Shown here piece by piece: positions 37,006-47,432 of a DNA stretch of 64,000 nt; positions within the stretch are counted from its first letter, which is position 1; each line of letters begins with the position of its first letter. The position numbers and the translations under genes are program-made. The notes under the pieces were generated by a model, which was not told where the DNA came from, searched no databases, and saw only the letters and a list, made by a program, of their open reading frames with translations. The DNA comes from Acidimicrobiia bacterium (lineage in GTDB: Bacteria > Actinomycetota > Acidimicrobiia > Spongiisociales > ZC4RG35), in assembly GCA_028285585.1 (NCBI GenBank), contig JANQOU010000004.1:20267-84266 (forward strand), written 5' to 3'.

Positions 37006-38182
37006 GTCGGCGCACGCTCCGAACCCACACTGTGGCTGCGATCACCACCGCCGTTGCCGTCACATAGCCCACTCCTAGCGGGGTCACCGTGTCCTGAATT
37101 GCCCGGTCAATCACTGCCGACAAGATGGAGCCTCCGAGGAGGCTCACTGCACCGATCGTGGATGTCGCGGTGCCGGCGATGTGCCCTACGTCCTCGAGTG
37201 ACTGCGAGGTGAGAAGCGGCACCAAGGCCCCATCCGCGGACACGACCGTAAGGATGAGGAAGTAGAAGAGGTAGAAGTTGGGCACTCCCGAAGTGGCAAA
37301 TGCCACAACCACCAGAGATGACGATGCGACCGTCAGCACCACAAGCCAGAGGCTCACTGTTCGCTCAGTGCCAAACAGGCGGACGAGACGTGCCGTTAGC
37401 AGAGTGACGAGCGCCAGCACTGCTCCTGCGATCCCGAACCACAGCGCAAACGAGGCCTGACGGTCGTAGATCAGGTCGAATATCCGCTCCAGGGCACTGA
37501 GGAAGGGCAGGAAGGCCGCGAAGAGAGCGGTCAGAGCGATGGTGCCGGCCAGCGCCGATGGTGTCTTGAAAACCGTGGCAACCGAGCGCGCCAGCTCGGC
37601 AGGTCGAATCGAGACCCGCTTGTCGGCAGCGAGGGTCTCAGGGAGCCTCGCTGACCAAAGGAGAACCAAGAGAGCGAACATCGGCCCGACGGCGAAGGTC
37701 CATCTCCAATTCCCCAACTCGAGGAACAGCTGACCGATCAGAGGTGCGACTGCTGGCACGATGAGGAAGATCGCCACCACGAACGACATCGCTCGTGAGA
37801 GATCGTCGCCGCTGTACCTGTCACGAAGGATGGCTCTCGACATGATGCGTGGCGCGGCAGCAGCGAGCCCCCAGAGAACACGCGTCACGAGCAGGACCTC
37901 GAAGGTGGGTGCAGCGGTAGCTGCCACACCGGCGATGACATACAAGACCAGGCCCAGGCTCAGCACCGGCTTGCGGCCGAAACGGTCGGCGAGCGGTCCG
38001 TATATGAGCTGGCCGATTCCCATGGAGCCGAGGAACAACGAGACGATCAGGCCGGTCTGGGCAGGGTTCTCGATGCCGAAGGTGTCCCTCACGGCCGAGA
38101 AAGCCGGGAGCATGACGTCGATGGCGATGGCCGTGGTTGCCATGGCGGCAGCCATCAACCCGAGGAACTCGCCTCGCTTCAT
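36974..38182 (-). CDS. Bcr/CflA-like MFS efflux transporter
   Basis: AIDVMLPA, GPLADRFGRKP and PAVAPLIG. Confidence 0.88.
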   Translation of the reverse strand: MKRGEFLGLMAAAMATTAIAIDVMLPAFSAVRDTFGIENPAQTGLIVSLFLGSMGIGQLIYGPLADRFGRKPVLSLGLVLYVIAGVAATAAPTFEVLLVTRVLWGLAAAAPRIMSRAILRDRYSGDDLSRAMSFVVAIFLIVPAVAPLIGQLFLELGNWRWTFAVGPMFALLVLLWSARLPETLAADKRVSIRPAELARSVATVFKTPSALAGTIALTALFAAFLPFLSALERIFDLIYDRQASFALWFGIAGAVLALVTLLTARLVRLFGTERTVSLWLVVLTVASSSLVVVAFATSGVPNFYLFYFLILTVVSADGALVPLLTSQSLEDVGHIAGTATSTIGAVSLLGGSILSAVIDRAIQDTVTPLGVGYVTATAVVIAATVWVRSVRRPTAATHSGTD

Positions 38183-38280
38183 CCCAAATTCGCTGTGATT
38201 GGTCCCTACCAAGGACGCCAAGGTAGCGGCTGCTCAGTGATCTCTGATCCGGGCCCGTCGCCGGTAACCTCCCTGGCTTC

Positions 38281-39492
38281 ATGAGCTTTCGGCCCCCCAA
38301 GGGCACCGACGATCTGATCGCGCCACGCTCGGCGGGGTGGCAAGTTGTGCTGGCCACATGGGAGGACTGGACGCGTCGCTACGGATACCCGTTGGTGATG
38401 ACACCGATGTTCGAGGCGACCGATTTGTTCGAGCGCGGCGTCGGCGACACCACAGAAGTTGTCACCAAGCAGATGTACACCTTCGAGGACGGTGGGGGAC
38501 GCTCGCTCACACTTCGGCCGGAGGGCACCGCGCCGGTCGTGCGGGCATATCTCGACTCGGGCGGGCAGGGAGCGTGGAAAGGCGCATACGCCGGCCCGTT
38601 CTTCAGATACGAGCGGCCACAGGCCGGGCGTCGCCGCCAGTTCTTCCAGGTAGGCATCGAGTATCTCGACGTCACCTCCCCGGAGGCTGACGCCGAGGTG
38701 ATCGAGGTGGGGTGGCGTTTCTTGTCAGACGCCGGTGTTCCTGGCCTGACGCTTTTGATCAACAGCCTGGGTGATCCCGAGTGCAGGCCGCGTTACGTCG
38801 AGGCCCTACGCAGCCATCTCAAAGACAGGGCTGATCAGCTGAGCAGTGACAGCCAGCGGCTGATCGATCGCAACCCGCTCCGCGTCCTCGACTCCAAGGT
38901 CGACCGCGCCGCGGTCGGGGAACCCCCGAAGATGATTGACTACTTGTGTGATGCGTGCGCGAGCCACTACGAGAGCGTCAGGTCACAGCTTGATGCCCTC
39001 GAGGTTTCCTACAAGCAGGACGATCGCCTGGTGCGCGGGCTCGATTACTACACCCGTACCACCTTCGAGTGGATCGGCGGTGAGCTCAACACGGCGCAAA
39101 ACGCTGTCGGGGGAGGTGGTCGGTACGACGGTCTCGCTGAGATGATCGGAGGCCGGGCGCTTCCCGGGGTCGGCTTTGCGCTGGGTCTCGACCGGATCAT
39201 GCTCTCCTTGGGTGACCCTGAAGTCGGCCACCTCGATGCCTACTTGGTGTCGGAGACTGGTGCTGAGGAGGCATTGATAGTGGCATCTCGACTTCGAGCC
39301 GCCGGGGTGGCCGTCGACTTCGACACCGAAGGTCGTTCGGTGAAAGCGCAGTTCAAGTCCGCCCGCAAGCTCCAGGCGCCGGTGATCTTGGTGTGGAAAG
39401 GCGATGGGTTGGATGTCGACATTCAGACAGACGACGGGCGGCAGACGCTGCCTCTAGAGGAGGTGGCGGAATGGTTCACAGACCAGGTTTGA
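38281..39492 (+). CDS. hisS: Histidyl-tRNA synthetase
   Basis: LRPEGTA, RYERPQAGR, LVRGLDYY and GGGRYDGL. Confidence 0.97.
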   Translation: MSFRPPKGTDDLIAPRSAGWQVVLATWEDWTRRYGYPLVMTPMFEATDLFERGVGDTTEVVTKQMYTFEDGGGRSLTLRPEGTAPVVRAYLDSGGQGAWKGAYAGPFFRYERPQAGRRRQFFQVGIEYLDVTSPEADAEVIEVGWRFLSDAGVPGLTLLINSLGDPECRPRYVEALRSHLKDRADQLSSDSQRLIDRNPLRVLDSKVDRAAVGEPPKMIDYLCDACASHYESVRSQLDALEVSYKQDDRLVRGLDYYTRTTFEWIGGELNTAQNAVGGGGRYDGLAEMIGGRALPGVGFALGLDRIMLSLGDPEVGHLDAYLVSETGAEEALIVASRLRAAGVAVDFDTEGRSVKAQFKSARKLQAPVILVWKGDGLDVDIQTDDGRQTLPLEEVAEWFTDQV

Positions 39493-41258
39493 GGTCCCAC
39501 GAGGCTGGGTCGGTCACGGAGGCCGACGTCGACGCCGAGGTGACCGTGGTCGGATGGGTGCAACGACGACGGGATCACGGCGGGATCGCCTTTCTCGACG
39601 TGAGAGACGGTTCTGGCGTCGTCCAAGTGGTGGCGGACCCCGACGAGCACCCCGGTGTCGGAGATCTGAAGATGGAGTACTGCATCCGAGTCGAGGGTGT
39701 GGTTCGGTTGCGACCTACAGGGACCGAGAATCCTGATCTGCCCACGGGCATGGTTGAGATCGGCGCAGGTGAGATCGAGGTGCTAGCACCGGCCAAGACT
39801 CTGCCGTTCATGATCGACGATCGCTCAGAAGTAGATGAGTTGACCCGCCTCCGCTATCGCTATCTCGATCTGCGCCGCCCCAAGATGGCAGAAAACCTCA
39901 GGGCGCGGTCGAAGGCAACCTCGGCGATCAGACGTACCCTCGACGACCTGGGCTTTCTCGAGGTGGAGACTCCGACTCTGGTGAACTCCACGCCAGAGGG
40001 CGCTCGCGACATGCTGGTGCCTTCTCGTCTCAGGCAAGGGGAGTTCTATGCCCTCCCGCAGTCACCTCAGTTGTTCAAACAGCTTTTGATGGTCAGCGGC
40101 GTGGAGCGCTATTTCCAGATCGCCCGCTGCTACCGAGACGAGGACTTTCGCGCCGACAGACAGCTCGAGTTCACTCAGCTAGATCTCGAAGGGGCGTTCT
40201 GGGACCGGGACGACGTGCTGGCCACCATCGAGGAGGTGCTGATGGCGGTCGCGAGGGATATCCGCGGCGTCGATGTCGAGTTGCCCTTCAAACGCATTAC
40301 ATGGCAAGAGGCGATGGATCGCTACGGGTCGGACAAGCCTGACATTCGATTCGGGATGGAGATAGTCGACCTCTCCGATGCCGTAGCCGGATCCGAGTTC
40401 GGGGTTTTTGCCGGCGCCATCGAATCTGGTGGCACGGTGAGGGGCATCAACGCCGGCTCGCAGGATTGGCCGCGCAGTCGTGCCGACAACATGACGGAGC
40501 GGGCGAAAGAGCTGGGAGCCAAAGGGCTCGTTTGGATGGTGGTCGAGGACGACGGACAGCTTCGCTCGCCGGTCGCGAAGTTCCTCTCCGCACAGGAGCA
40601 GAGCGAGATCAAAGGCCTTCTGGGCGGTCAGCCAGGAGATGTGCTGCTCATCTCGGCAGACACCTGGAAGACCGCGGTGACTGTCCTTGGTGGCTTGCGT
40701 CTCGATCTAGGGCGGCCTTCTGGGCACGACGAGCTGGCGTTTCTCTGGGTTGTCGACTTCCCGCTGTTCGAAGAAGAGGATGATGGATCGATCACCTTCT
40801 CCCACCACCCCTTCACTTCACCGGCTTCCCTCGACGAGATGCGTGAAAATCCCGAGCAGGCTCTGTCGAAGGCATATGACGTGGTCCTCAACGGAGTCGA
40901 GTTGGGCAGCGGTTCGATCAGGATCCACGACCCTGATGTGCAGCGCCAGGTGTTCGAGATCCTCGGCATCGATGCCGAGACTGCGAATCGCCGCTTCGGG
41001 TGGTTTCTCGAAGCGCTCGAGTACGGCACGCCGCCTCACGGCGGCTTCGCCTTCGGCATCGACCGGCTGGTGATGATCCTTCAGGGCGAGGCATCGATAC
41101 GCGAGGTGATCCCGTTCCCCAAGACTCAGACCGGCCTGGATCCGATGACTGAGGCACCGACCTGGGTGGACGACACCCAGCTGCGCGAGCTAGGCATAGA
41201 CCTCACCGCCGACTCGAAGCTGCGACGCGACGGCGCCGACGCGGGTGAAGAGTCGTAG
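39471..41258 (+). CDS. aspS: Aspartyl-tRNA synthetase, likely non-discriminating (Asp/Asn)
   Basis: RRDHGG (His31), RPTG (Gly83), ALPQSPQ and PPHGG. Confidence 0.96.
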   Translation: MVHRPGLRSHEAGSVTEADVDAEVTVVGWVQRRRDHGGIAFLDVRDGSGVVQVVADPDEHPGVGDLKMEYCIRVEGVVRLRPTGTENPDLPTGMVEIGAGEIEVLAPAKTLPFMIDDRSEVDELTRLRYRYLDLRRPKMAENLRARSKATSAIRRTLDDLGFLEVETPTLVNSTPEGARDMLVPSRLRQGEFYALPQSPQLFKQLLMVSGVERYFQIARCYRDEDFRADRQLEFTQLDLEGAFWDRDDVLATIEEVLMAVARDIRGVDVELPFKRITWQEAMDRYGSDKPDIRFGMEIVDLSDAVAGSEFGVFAGAIESGGTVRGINAGSQDWPRSRADNMTERAKELGAKGLVWMVVEDDGQLRSPVAKFLSAQEQSEIKGLLGGQPGDVLLISADTWKTAVTVLGGLRLDLGRPSGHDELAFLWVVDFPLFEEEDDGSITFSHHPFTSPASLDEMRENPEQALSKAYDVVLNGVELGSGSIRIHDPDVQRQVFEILGIDAETANRRFGWFLEALEYGTPPHGGFAFGIDRLVMILQGEASIREVIPFPKTQTGLDPMTEAPTWVDDTQLRELGIDLTADSKLRRDGADAGEES

Positions 41259-41299
41259 CAGTTGTTCTCCGAACTGACCGTTAACCTCGTCTTCTTCCC

Positions 41300-43921
41300 G
41301 TGAACAGCAACGAGATACGCAAGGCTTTCATTGACTTCTTCGTGGATCGCGATCACGAATACCGTCAGTCGGCTTCACTGATCCCCACCGACCCGACGCT
41401 GCTCATGACCAATGCGGGCATGGTGCCTTTCAAGCCGTATTTCCTCGGGGAGGAAGACCCGCCGTGGGATAGGGCGGTTTCCGTTCAGAAGTGCGTCCGC
41501 ACCATCGACATCGACATCATCGGAACCACCAAGCGCCATCTCAGCTTCTTTGAGATGCTGGGCAACTTCTCTTTCGGTGACTACTTCAAGGAAAGCGCCA
41601 TCCCATGGGGCTACGAGTTCTGCACGGATGTGCTCGGCCTCGACCCACAGCGGCTGTGGTTCACGGTGCATGAGAGCGATGACGAGGCCGAGCAGATCTG
41701 GATAGACGCCGTTGGCGTACCACCCGAGCGAGTGCAGCGCGGGGGGAAGGACAACTTCTGGCAAATGGGTGTACCCGGCCCTTGCGGTCCCAGCTCAGAG
41801 ATCTTCTGGGACAGGGGTGAGGAGTTTGGGCACGAAGGTGGCCCGATCGGCGGTGACGAGGACCGCTACGTGGAGATCTGGAACCTGGTGTTCATGCAGA
41901 ACATCCAGGACGAGCCCTACAACGTGGTTGGCGATCTGCCCGCCAAGAACATCGACACCGGCATGGGGCTCGATCGGATCGCTGCGGTGATGCAGGACGT
42001 GCCGTCTGTCTTCGATATCGACACAACCAGGCACGTGCTCCACACCGCGGAGCGATTCACGAAACTCGAGTACGGCGCCAACGCCGAGGCGGATGTCTCC
42101 CTTCGCATACTGGCCGATCACGGTCGCACCGTGACCTTCCTGATCGGAGATGGCGTGGTCCCTTCCAACGACGGCCGCGGCTATGTCCTGAGAAGAGTCT
42201 TGAGACGAGCCGTTCGCCACGCCTGGCAGCATGGGAGTGATGATCTGGTGGCGCCACAGCTCGTCGAGGCCACCGTGGACGTGATGGCAGATGCCTATCC
42301 GCAGCTAGAGGAGAAGAGAGATTTCATCCTCGACGTCGTAACTCGCGAAGAGGAGAAGTTCCGGAGGACCCTCGACTCAGGCCATCAACTGCTCGACACA
42401 GAGTTGGCCGAAGGGGAGAAGGTACTCACCGGAGCTACGGCCTTCCGGTTGCACGACACTTTTGGCTTTCCCATCGACCTGACCCGAGAGATAGCGGCCG
42501 AACGGGGCGTCGATGTCGACATGGACGGATTCGAGTCCTCGATGAGCGAGCAACGAGAGCGGGCACGTGCCGCCTGGAAGGGGTCGGACGCGGCTGAAGC
42601 GGCAGAGGTCTACAGGGGTGTCCTGGACACTCATGGATTGACCGACTTCGTCGGCTATGAGTTCGACCGATCCGATGGCGTGCTGCTCTCGATGGTGCGC
42701 GACGGAGAAACGGTCACAAAGGCGGAGGAGGGCATCGAAGTCGAGGTCTTCCTCGACAAGACCCCGTTCTATGCAGAGTCAGGCGGGCAAGTGGGCGATG
42801 TGGGCTCGATCGAGACCGAGACCGGCAGTGCGATGGTCGTCGACACACAGCACGCGCTGCAAGGCCTCCATGGCCACAGGGTGCGGGTCACGGCCGGCCA
42901 TCTCGAGGTAGGTCAAGCGGTTCATTCCGTTATTGACAGTCCGCGGCGCGACTCGACCCGGAAGTCCCACACGGGAACACATGTGCTCCACTGGGCTCTC
43001 CGCGACGTTCTCGGAGACCATGCCAATCAGGCGGGATCCCTCGTTGAGCCGGGTCGACTGCGCTTCGACTTCTCTCACTTTGCCCGGATGACACCCGAAG
43101 AGCTGTCAACGGTCGAGACCGAGGTGAACAACCGTCTTCTCGCCAACAGTCAGGTGAAGACCACTGAGACGAGCAAAGACCAGGCGGAGGAGATGGGCGC
43201 CCTTGCTTTCTTCGGCGACAAGTACGGTGAACGGGTCAGGGTGGTTCAGGTGGGGGACTACTCGACGGAGTTCTGCGGCGGGACACACACTTCGACATCA
43301 GCTGAGGTCGGCCCCTTGATCCTGACCTCCGAGTCCTCCATCGGCTCGAATATCCGTCGTGTCGAGGCTCTCACGGGCACAGCCGCATATGAGCACGTGG
43401 CTGCGATGAAAGAAGCCCTGGACTCGACCGGGCGTCTTCTCCAGACCGGGCTCGCCGACATCCCACAGCGAGTGGAGAGCCTTCTGACGCGGGTTGGCGG
43501 GCTGGAGAAGGAGCTCGAGGCCATGAAGAGCCAGCGGCACGGCTCGGTGGCCGAGGAACTTGCGAGCAACAAGCTGACGGTTGGTGAGAGGTCGTTGGTG
43601 GTTGCCGACGTCGGTGACGTCAGTGGGAACGAGCTGCGTCAGATCGCCCTCGGGATCCGTGACCGCCTCGGCGGCTCCGGTGCCGTTGTGGTCGGCTCAT
43701 CAGCCGGCGGAAAGGGATCCCTCGTGGCCGTGGTCACCAGGGACCTGGTGGAGGCTGGGGTGTCCGCCGGAGAGGTGCTGTCAGCCGCGGCCAAAGAGGT
43801 CGGAGGTGGCGGCTCGCGCGATCCTGAGCTGGCCCAGGCCGGCGGCCCCGACGGCGGGAAGCTGCAAAGTGCCCTGGACGTGGCCCGAGCAGAGATGGAA
43901 CGACAACTCACCGCCGCGTGA
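41300..43921 (+). CDS. alaS: Alanyl-tRNA synthetase
   Basis: NAGM, FFEMLGNFSFGDYFK, HTGTH and FCGGTH. Confidence 0.97.
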   Translation: MNSNEIRKAFIDFFVDRDHEYRQSASLIPTDPTLLMTNAGMVPFKPYFLGEEDPPWDRAVSVQKCVRTIDIDIIGTTKRHLSFFEMLGNFSFGDYFKESAIPWGYEFCTDVLGLDPQRLWFTVHESDDEAEQIWIDAVGVPPERVQRGGKDNFWQMGVPGPCGPSSEIFWDRGEEFGHEGGPIGGDEDRYVEIWNLVFMQNIQDEPYNVVGDLPAKNIDTGMGLDRIAAVMQDVPSVFDIDTTRHVLHTAERFTKLEYGANAEADVSLRILADHGRTVTFLIGDGVVPSNDGRGYVLRRVLRRAVRHAWQHGSDDLVAPQLVEATVDVMADAYPQLEEKRDFILDVVTREEEKFRRTLDSGHQLLDTELAEGEKVLTGATAFRLHDTFGFPIDLTREIAAERGVDVDMDGFESSMSEQRERARAAWKGSDAAEAAEVYRGVLDTHGLTDFVGYEFDRSDGVLLSMVRDGETVTKAEEGIEVEVFLDKTPFYAESGGQVGDVGSIETETGSAMVVDTQHALQGLHGHRVRVTAGHLEVGQAVHSVIDSPRRDSTRKSHTGTHVLHWALRDVLGDHANQAGSLVEPGRLRFDFSHFARMTPEELSTVETEVNNRLLANSQVKTTETSKDQAEEMGALAFFGDKYGERVRVVQVGDYSTEFCGGTHTSTSAEVGPLILTSESSIGSNIRRVEALTGTAAYEHVAAMKEALDSTGRLLQTGLADIPQRVESLLTRVGGLEKELEAMKSQRHGSVAEELASNKLTVGERSLVVADVGDVSGNELRQIALGIRDRLGGSGAVVVGSSAGGKGSLVAVVTRDLVEAGVSAGEVLSAAAKEVGGGGSRDPELAQAGGPDGGKLQSALDVARAEMERQLTAA

Positions 43922-44340
43922 GCAGGTTCCTGGGAGTCGATTACGGGACGAAGCGCGTCGGACTGGCCATCTCGGACGGTCTTGGGTTGACGGCGCGACC
44001 GCTCGAAGTGGTCCCCAGCGCCGAGGCTGTTGATCGCATCGTGGCAGTGGCAGCAGAACATGACGCGCACACGATCGTCGTCGGATTGCCCACCGGCCTA
44101 TCCGGTGCTGAGGGTGCCTCAGCTGAAGGGGCTCGAGCTCTCGGAGAGGAGTTGTCCGCGGCCGGCTTGACGGTGGAATTCGTAGATGAGCGCTTCACGT
44201 CGCGGATGGCCGAGGACGCTCTGCTGGAGTCGGGCATGAAACGGCGGAACCGGCGTGACACGGTTGACAAGATCGCCGCTGCCATCATCCTTCAGAGCTA
44301 TCTAGACCAAAGGACGTCAGGGAACCCGGGTGGCTCCTAA
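43918..44340 (+). CDS. ruvX: RuvX/YqgF pre-16S rRNA nuclease
   Basis: GVDYGTKRVGLAISD, VGLP and DERFTS. Confidence 0.94.
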   Translation: MSRFLGVDYGTKRVGLAISDGLGLTARPLEVVPSAEAVDRIVAVAAEHDAHTIVVGLPTGLSGAEGASAEGARALGEELSAAGLTVEFVDERFTSRMAEDALLESGMKRRNRRDTVDKIAAAIILQSYLDQRTSGNPGGS

Positions 44341-44361
44341 AACGTCGAACTCCCTGAGCTA

Positions 44362-45462
44362 ATGACCTTCGAACCCGTCCCAGAGCAGCCCTTTTGGGCG
44401 CGTCTGCTGAAGCTGATGTCCATCGTCGTCATCGTCGGGTTTGCCGCTGTCGTCATCATTGGCGGGGCGTCCTACCTCGGCGGCCTCGTTGGCGAGTCAA
44501 TCGGGCCGGCCGATCAGTCTGATCTGCCGGTCAATGTCGAACCTGGCCAGCCGGTGACGATTGAGATCGTGTCCGGGTCCACCGGGCAGGACATAGGCGC
44601 AATGCTCGCGGCCCAAGGAGTGGTGCGCTCAGCGCTCGAGTTCGAAGTGGCAGTGCGTGCGGTCGACGCAGCGCAACGGCTTCAGGCGGGCACCTACGAC
44701 CTCACCACCCTGATGGACCCGGCGGAGGTGGTTGCGATCATTGTCGCCGGCCCAGCCCCTGCCGTTTATCGCTTGACTGTCATCGAGGGGCTGAGAACCG
44801 AGGAGGTCCTGGTCTCGCTCGCGGAAAGCACGCCACACGATTTCTCCGACTTCGAGGCCGCCCTTCTCGACGGGTCTGTGTCAACGTCTTTGATCGAGAT
44901 GCCCGCAACGCCGACGCTTACCGACTGGGAGGGCCTCCTCTTCCCGGACACCTATGAGTTCACCCGCACGGCAGAGCCTGCGGCGATTCTGCAACGGATG
45001 GCATCCACGATGGAGCAGCGTGTGAACAGCATCGACTGGACGGCGTGGGAGGAGCTTGGGTACTCCGTGTACGAGGGGATCATCCTTGCGTCGATGATCG
45101 AGACCGAGGTGCTCCTGGACGACGAGCGCCCCGTGGTGTCAAGCGTGATCAACAACCGCCTCGAGATCGGCATGAAGCTCGACATCGACGCCACGGTTCT
45201 ATATGCCCTTGGCACCCGTGACATCACTCAGTTCGACCGTGCGGTTGACTCGCCTTACAACACTTACGTCGTCGGTGGCTTGCCTCCGACACCGATAGCC
45301 GCGCCAGGACGAGCCTCACTCGAGGCTGCGGCCGCCCCCGAAGAGACCCCCTACTTCTTCTACGTCCTATCCGATCTCGAAGGGCGGCACGCCTTCGCGG
45401 CCACGATCGAGGAGCACAACGACAATGTCGCCAAAGCGCGTGCGGACGGTGTTCTCCCTTGA
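44362..45462 (+). CDS. mltG: Endolytic transglycosylase MltG
   Basis: EGLLFPDTY, ASMIETE and SPYNTY...GLPPTPI. Confidence 0.93.
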   Translation: MTFEPVPEQPFWARLLKLMSIVVIVGFAAVVIIGGASYLGGLVGESIGPADQSDLPVNVEPGQPVTIEIVSGSTGQDIGAMLAAQGVVRSALEFEVAVRAVDAAQRLQAGTYDLTTLMDPAEVVAIIVAGPAPAVYRLTVIEGLRTEEVLVSLAESTPHDFSDFEAALLDGSVSTSLIEMPATPTLTDWEGLLFPDTYEFTRTAEPAAILQRMASTMEQRVNSIDWTAWEELGYSVYEGIILASMIETEVLLDDERPVVSSVINNRLEIGMKLDIDATVLYALGTRDITQFDRAVDSPYNTYVVGGLPPTPIAAPGRASLEAAAAPEETPYFFYVLSDLEGRHAFAATIEEHNDNVAKARADGVLP

Positions 45463-45480
45463 GTCTGTGACAATTCGACG

Positions 45481-46242
45481 ATGACAGGCCCATGGCGATT
45501 TGCGGTCCTGGGGGATCCGATATCCCACTCGAGGTCACCGGCGATACACACCGAGGCACTGCGGATAGCCGGATTCGAGGGCAGCTACGAGGCGATACGA
45601 GCCGACGCTGCGAGGCTCGAAGAGGTCGTTGCTGAGATGGTTGCCGGCGAGTTCCAAGGCCTCAATGTGACGATGCCACTCAAGGAGGCAGCTGCGACGA
45701 TCGCGGGCTCGTCGCAACCGGTCAACACCCTCCGGGTCGAAGACGGGCAGGTTGCGGGCGTGTCGACAGACCGCCTGGCATTTCGAGAGTTGTTGCAGCT
45801 TCCCGGGATCTCGGAGATGGGCAGCGTCCTCCTGCTGGGCACAGGTGGCTCGGCGAAGTCGTTCCTGCCCGAGCTTTCCGACAGGGTTGTCTATGTATCG
45901 GGCCGCAGCGAGGAAAAGGCGCGCCGGCTGGCTGACACTCACGAGAACGCAACTTGGATACCTTGGGGAGCGGGTGTTGTGGGTGCGTTGGTGGTGAACT
46001 CGACGCCTGTCGGCATGGGTGGAGAGAAGCTCCCGCTGGAGTTGCTGTCGGTGGCCGAGGCTCTGATCGATCTCCCTTATGGCCCGGCCGTGACACCGGC
46101 AGTGCGCGACCTGAGGAAGCGAGGCAAGCCAGTCATCGACGGTTTCGACTTCCTGGCCAGGCAAGCCGCCGGCTCCTTCCAATGGTGGACCGGCGTTGCC
46201 GTAGACTCCGAGCCGCTGGCGCGAGTGGCCAGAAACGTCTAA
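45481..46242 (+). CDS. aroE: Shikimate dehydrogenase
   Basis: GDPISHSRSP, NVTMPLK and GTGGSA. Confidence 0.9.
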   Translation: MTGPWRFAVLGDPISHSRSPAIHTEALRIAGFEGSYEAIRADAARLEEVVAEMVAGEFQGLNVTMPLKEAAATIAGSSQPVNTLRVEDGQVAGVSTDRLAFRELLQLPGISEMGSVLLLGTGGSAKSFLPELSDRVVYVSGRSEEKARRLADTHENATWIPWGAGVVGALVVNSTPVGMGGEKLPLELLSVAEALIDLPYGPAVTPAVRDLRKRGKPVIDGFDFLARQAAGSFQWWTGVAVDSEPLARVARNV

Positions 46243-46299
46243 AGGGCAAATGGAGTGAAACCGAAACCAACTCGAGGCTTTCAACAACAAGGAGTTGAC

Positions 46300-47394
46300 G
46301 TGTCTCTTTCTGGGAACCTGGGATTCGTCTCCCTCGACGAGATACTGCGCCTCCTGATCCGTTCCGGTCAGAAGGGGGCAGTCGACATCAGCGGCCAGCG
46401 TGTTCGCGGCCGGGTTTTTGTCGCCGACGACGGCGTCAGTCTTGCCACGACCGCCGAAGACGCCGGATTGAGGGATCTCTTGACAAAGTCCGACCTGGTT
46501 GGAGACACCGACCTCGCAGCGGTTGCCGACGGTGAGACCACCCTCGCCTCCCTGGCCGTGAGCAGCCAGCCTTTGGTCGATTTTCTTCGCGAGATGACTG
46601 TGGAGAGCATCTATCAGCTGAGTCTTCACGGTGAGGGATTCGAAGTCCGCGGGGGAGCCACGACGGCATTTGGCGCTTCACCTGTGTTCGAGCTCGAAGA
46701 GCTGCTCGCAGACTCCAGGCAAAGGCTCAGTGACTGGGCCGAGGTGTCCGCCGTGGTCGGCGATCTTCACGCATCAATGCAGGTCATTCGCGACCTGGGA
46801 GATCGAGATCGGGTCGAGATCGACCGCGAGTCGTGGATGATCTTGAGTGAGATCGGGTCGGGTTCGAGTGTCAGCCAGATAGCCGGCGAACTGGGGACAA
46901 CGGAGTTCTGGGCCGCTCGTGCGGCGGCGCGCCTCATCAACATGGATCTCGTGGTTGCCGCTTCTGAGGCCCACGATCCGGGACCGCAGTCGGAGGTGTC
47001 TGAGCTCGTCTCTTCGGAGCGAACCGATGATGAGCAGATCCAAGAGTGGGACTTCGACGGTGCCACCGGTGATCCGGAACCCGATGTTGACCCCGACCAG
47101 TCATGGTGGCAGGAACCGGAGCCTGAGGAGAGCGAAGATCACGCGCCAGGCGACGCTCTGGAAGTGATCGCCACTGCTCTTTTGGATGACGACGACGATG
47201 ATTCCAGCGACACAGTGCCCGCCACTCCTGGTGATGCCGATGACTCCGTCGAGATCGAAGACGACACCGAGGCTTTTCTCGAAAAGGTGTTCTCTGAGCT
47301 GGAGGCCACGCCGGAGGAGCCGCGCGAAGAGGGTTATGGGCTGCTTCGTCGCCGGCGCATGGGTGCGATGAGGGATGCGTCCAACGACGTTTGA
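46300..47394 (+). CDS. DUF4388/PATAN-like domain protein with acidic disordered C-tail
   Basis: LSGNLGFVSLDEILRLL...GQKGAV N-terminal signature. SD AAGGAG. Confidence 0.65.
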   Translation: MSLSGNLGFVSLDEILRLLIRSGQKGAVDISGQRVRGRVFVADDGVSLATTAEDAGLRDLLTKSDLVGDTDLAAVADGETTLASLAVSSQPLVDFLREMTVESIYQLSLHGEGFEVRGGATTAFGASPVFELEELLADSRQRLSDWAEVSAVVGDLHASMQVIRDLGDRDRVEIDRESWMILSEIGSGSSVSQIAGELGTTEFWAARAAARLINMDLVVAASEAHDPGPQSEVSELVSSERTDDEQIQEWDFDGATGDPEPDVDPDQSWWQEPEPEESEDHAPGDALEVIATALLDDDDDDSSDTVPATPGDADDSVEIEDDTEAFLEKVFSELEATPEEPREEGYGLLRRRRMGAMRDASNDV

Positions 47395-47432
47395 TGCTCA
47401 TCCCTAGGGATCTCAACTAGCGTCCTCCCGCC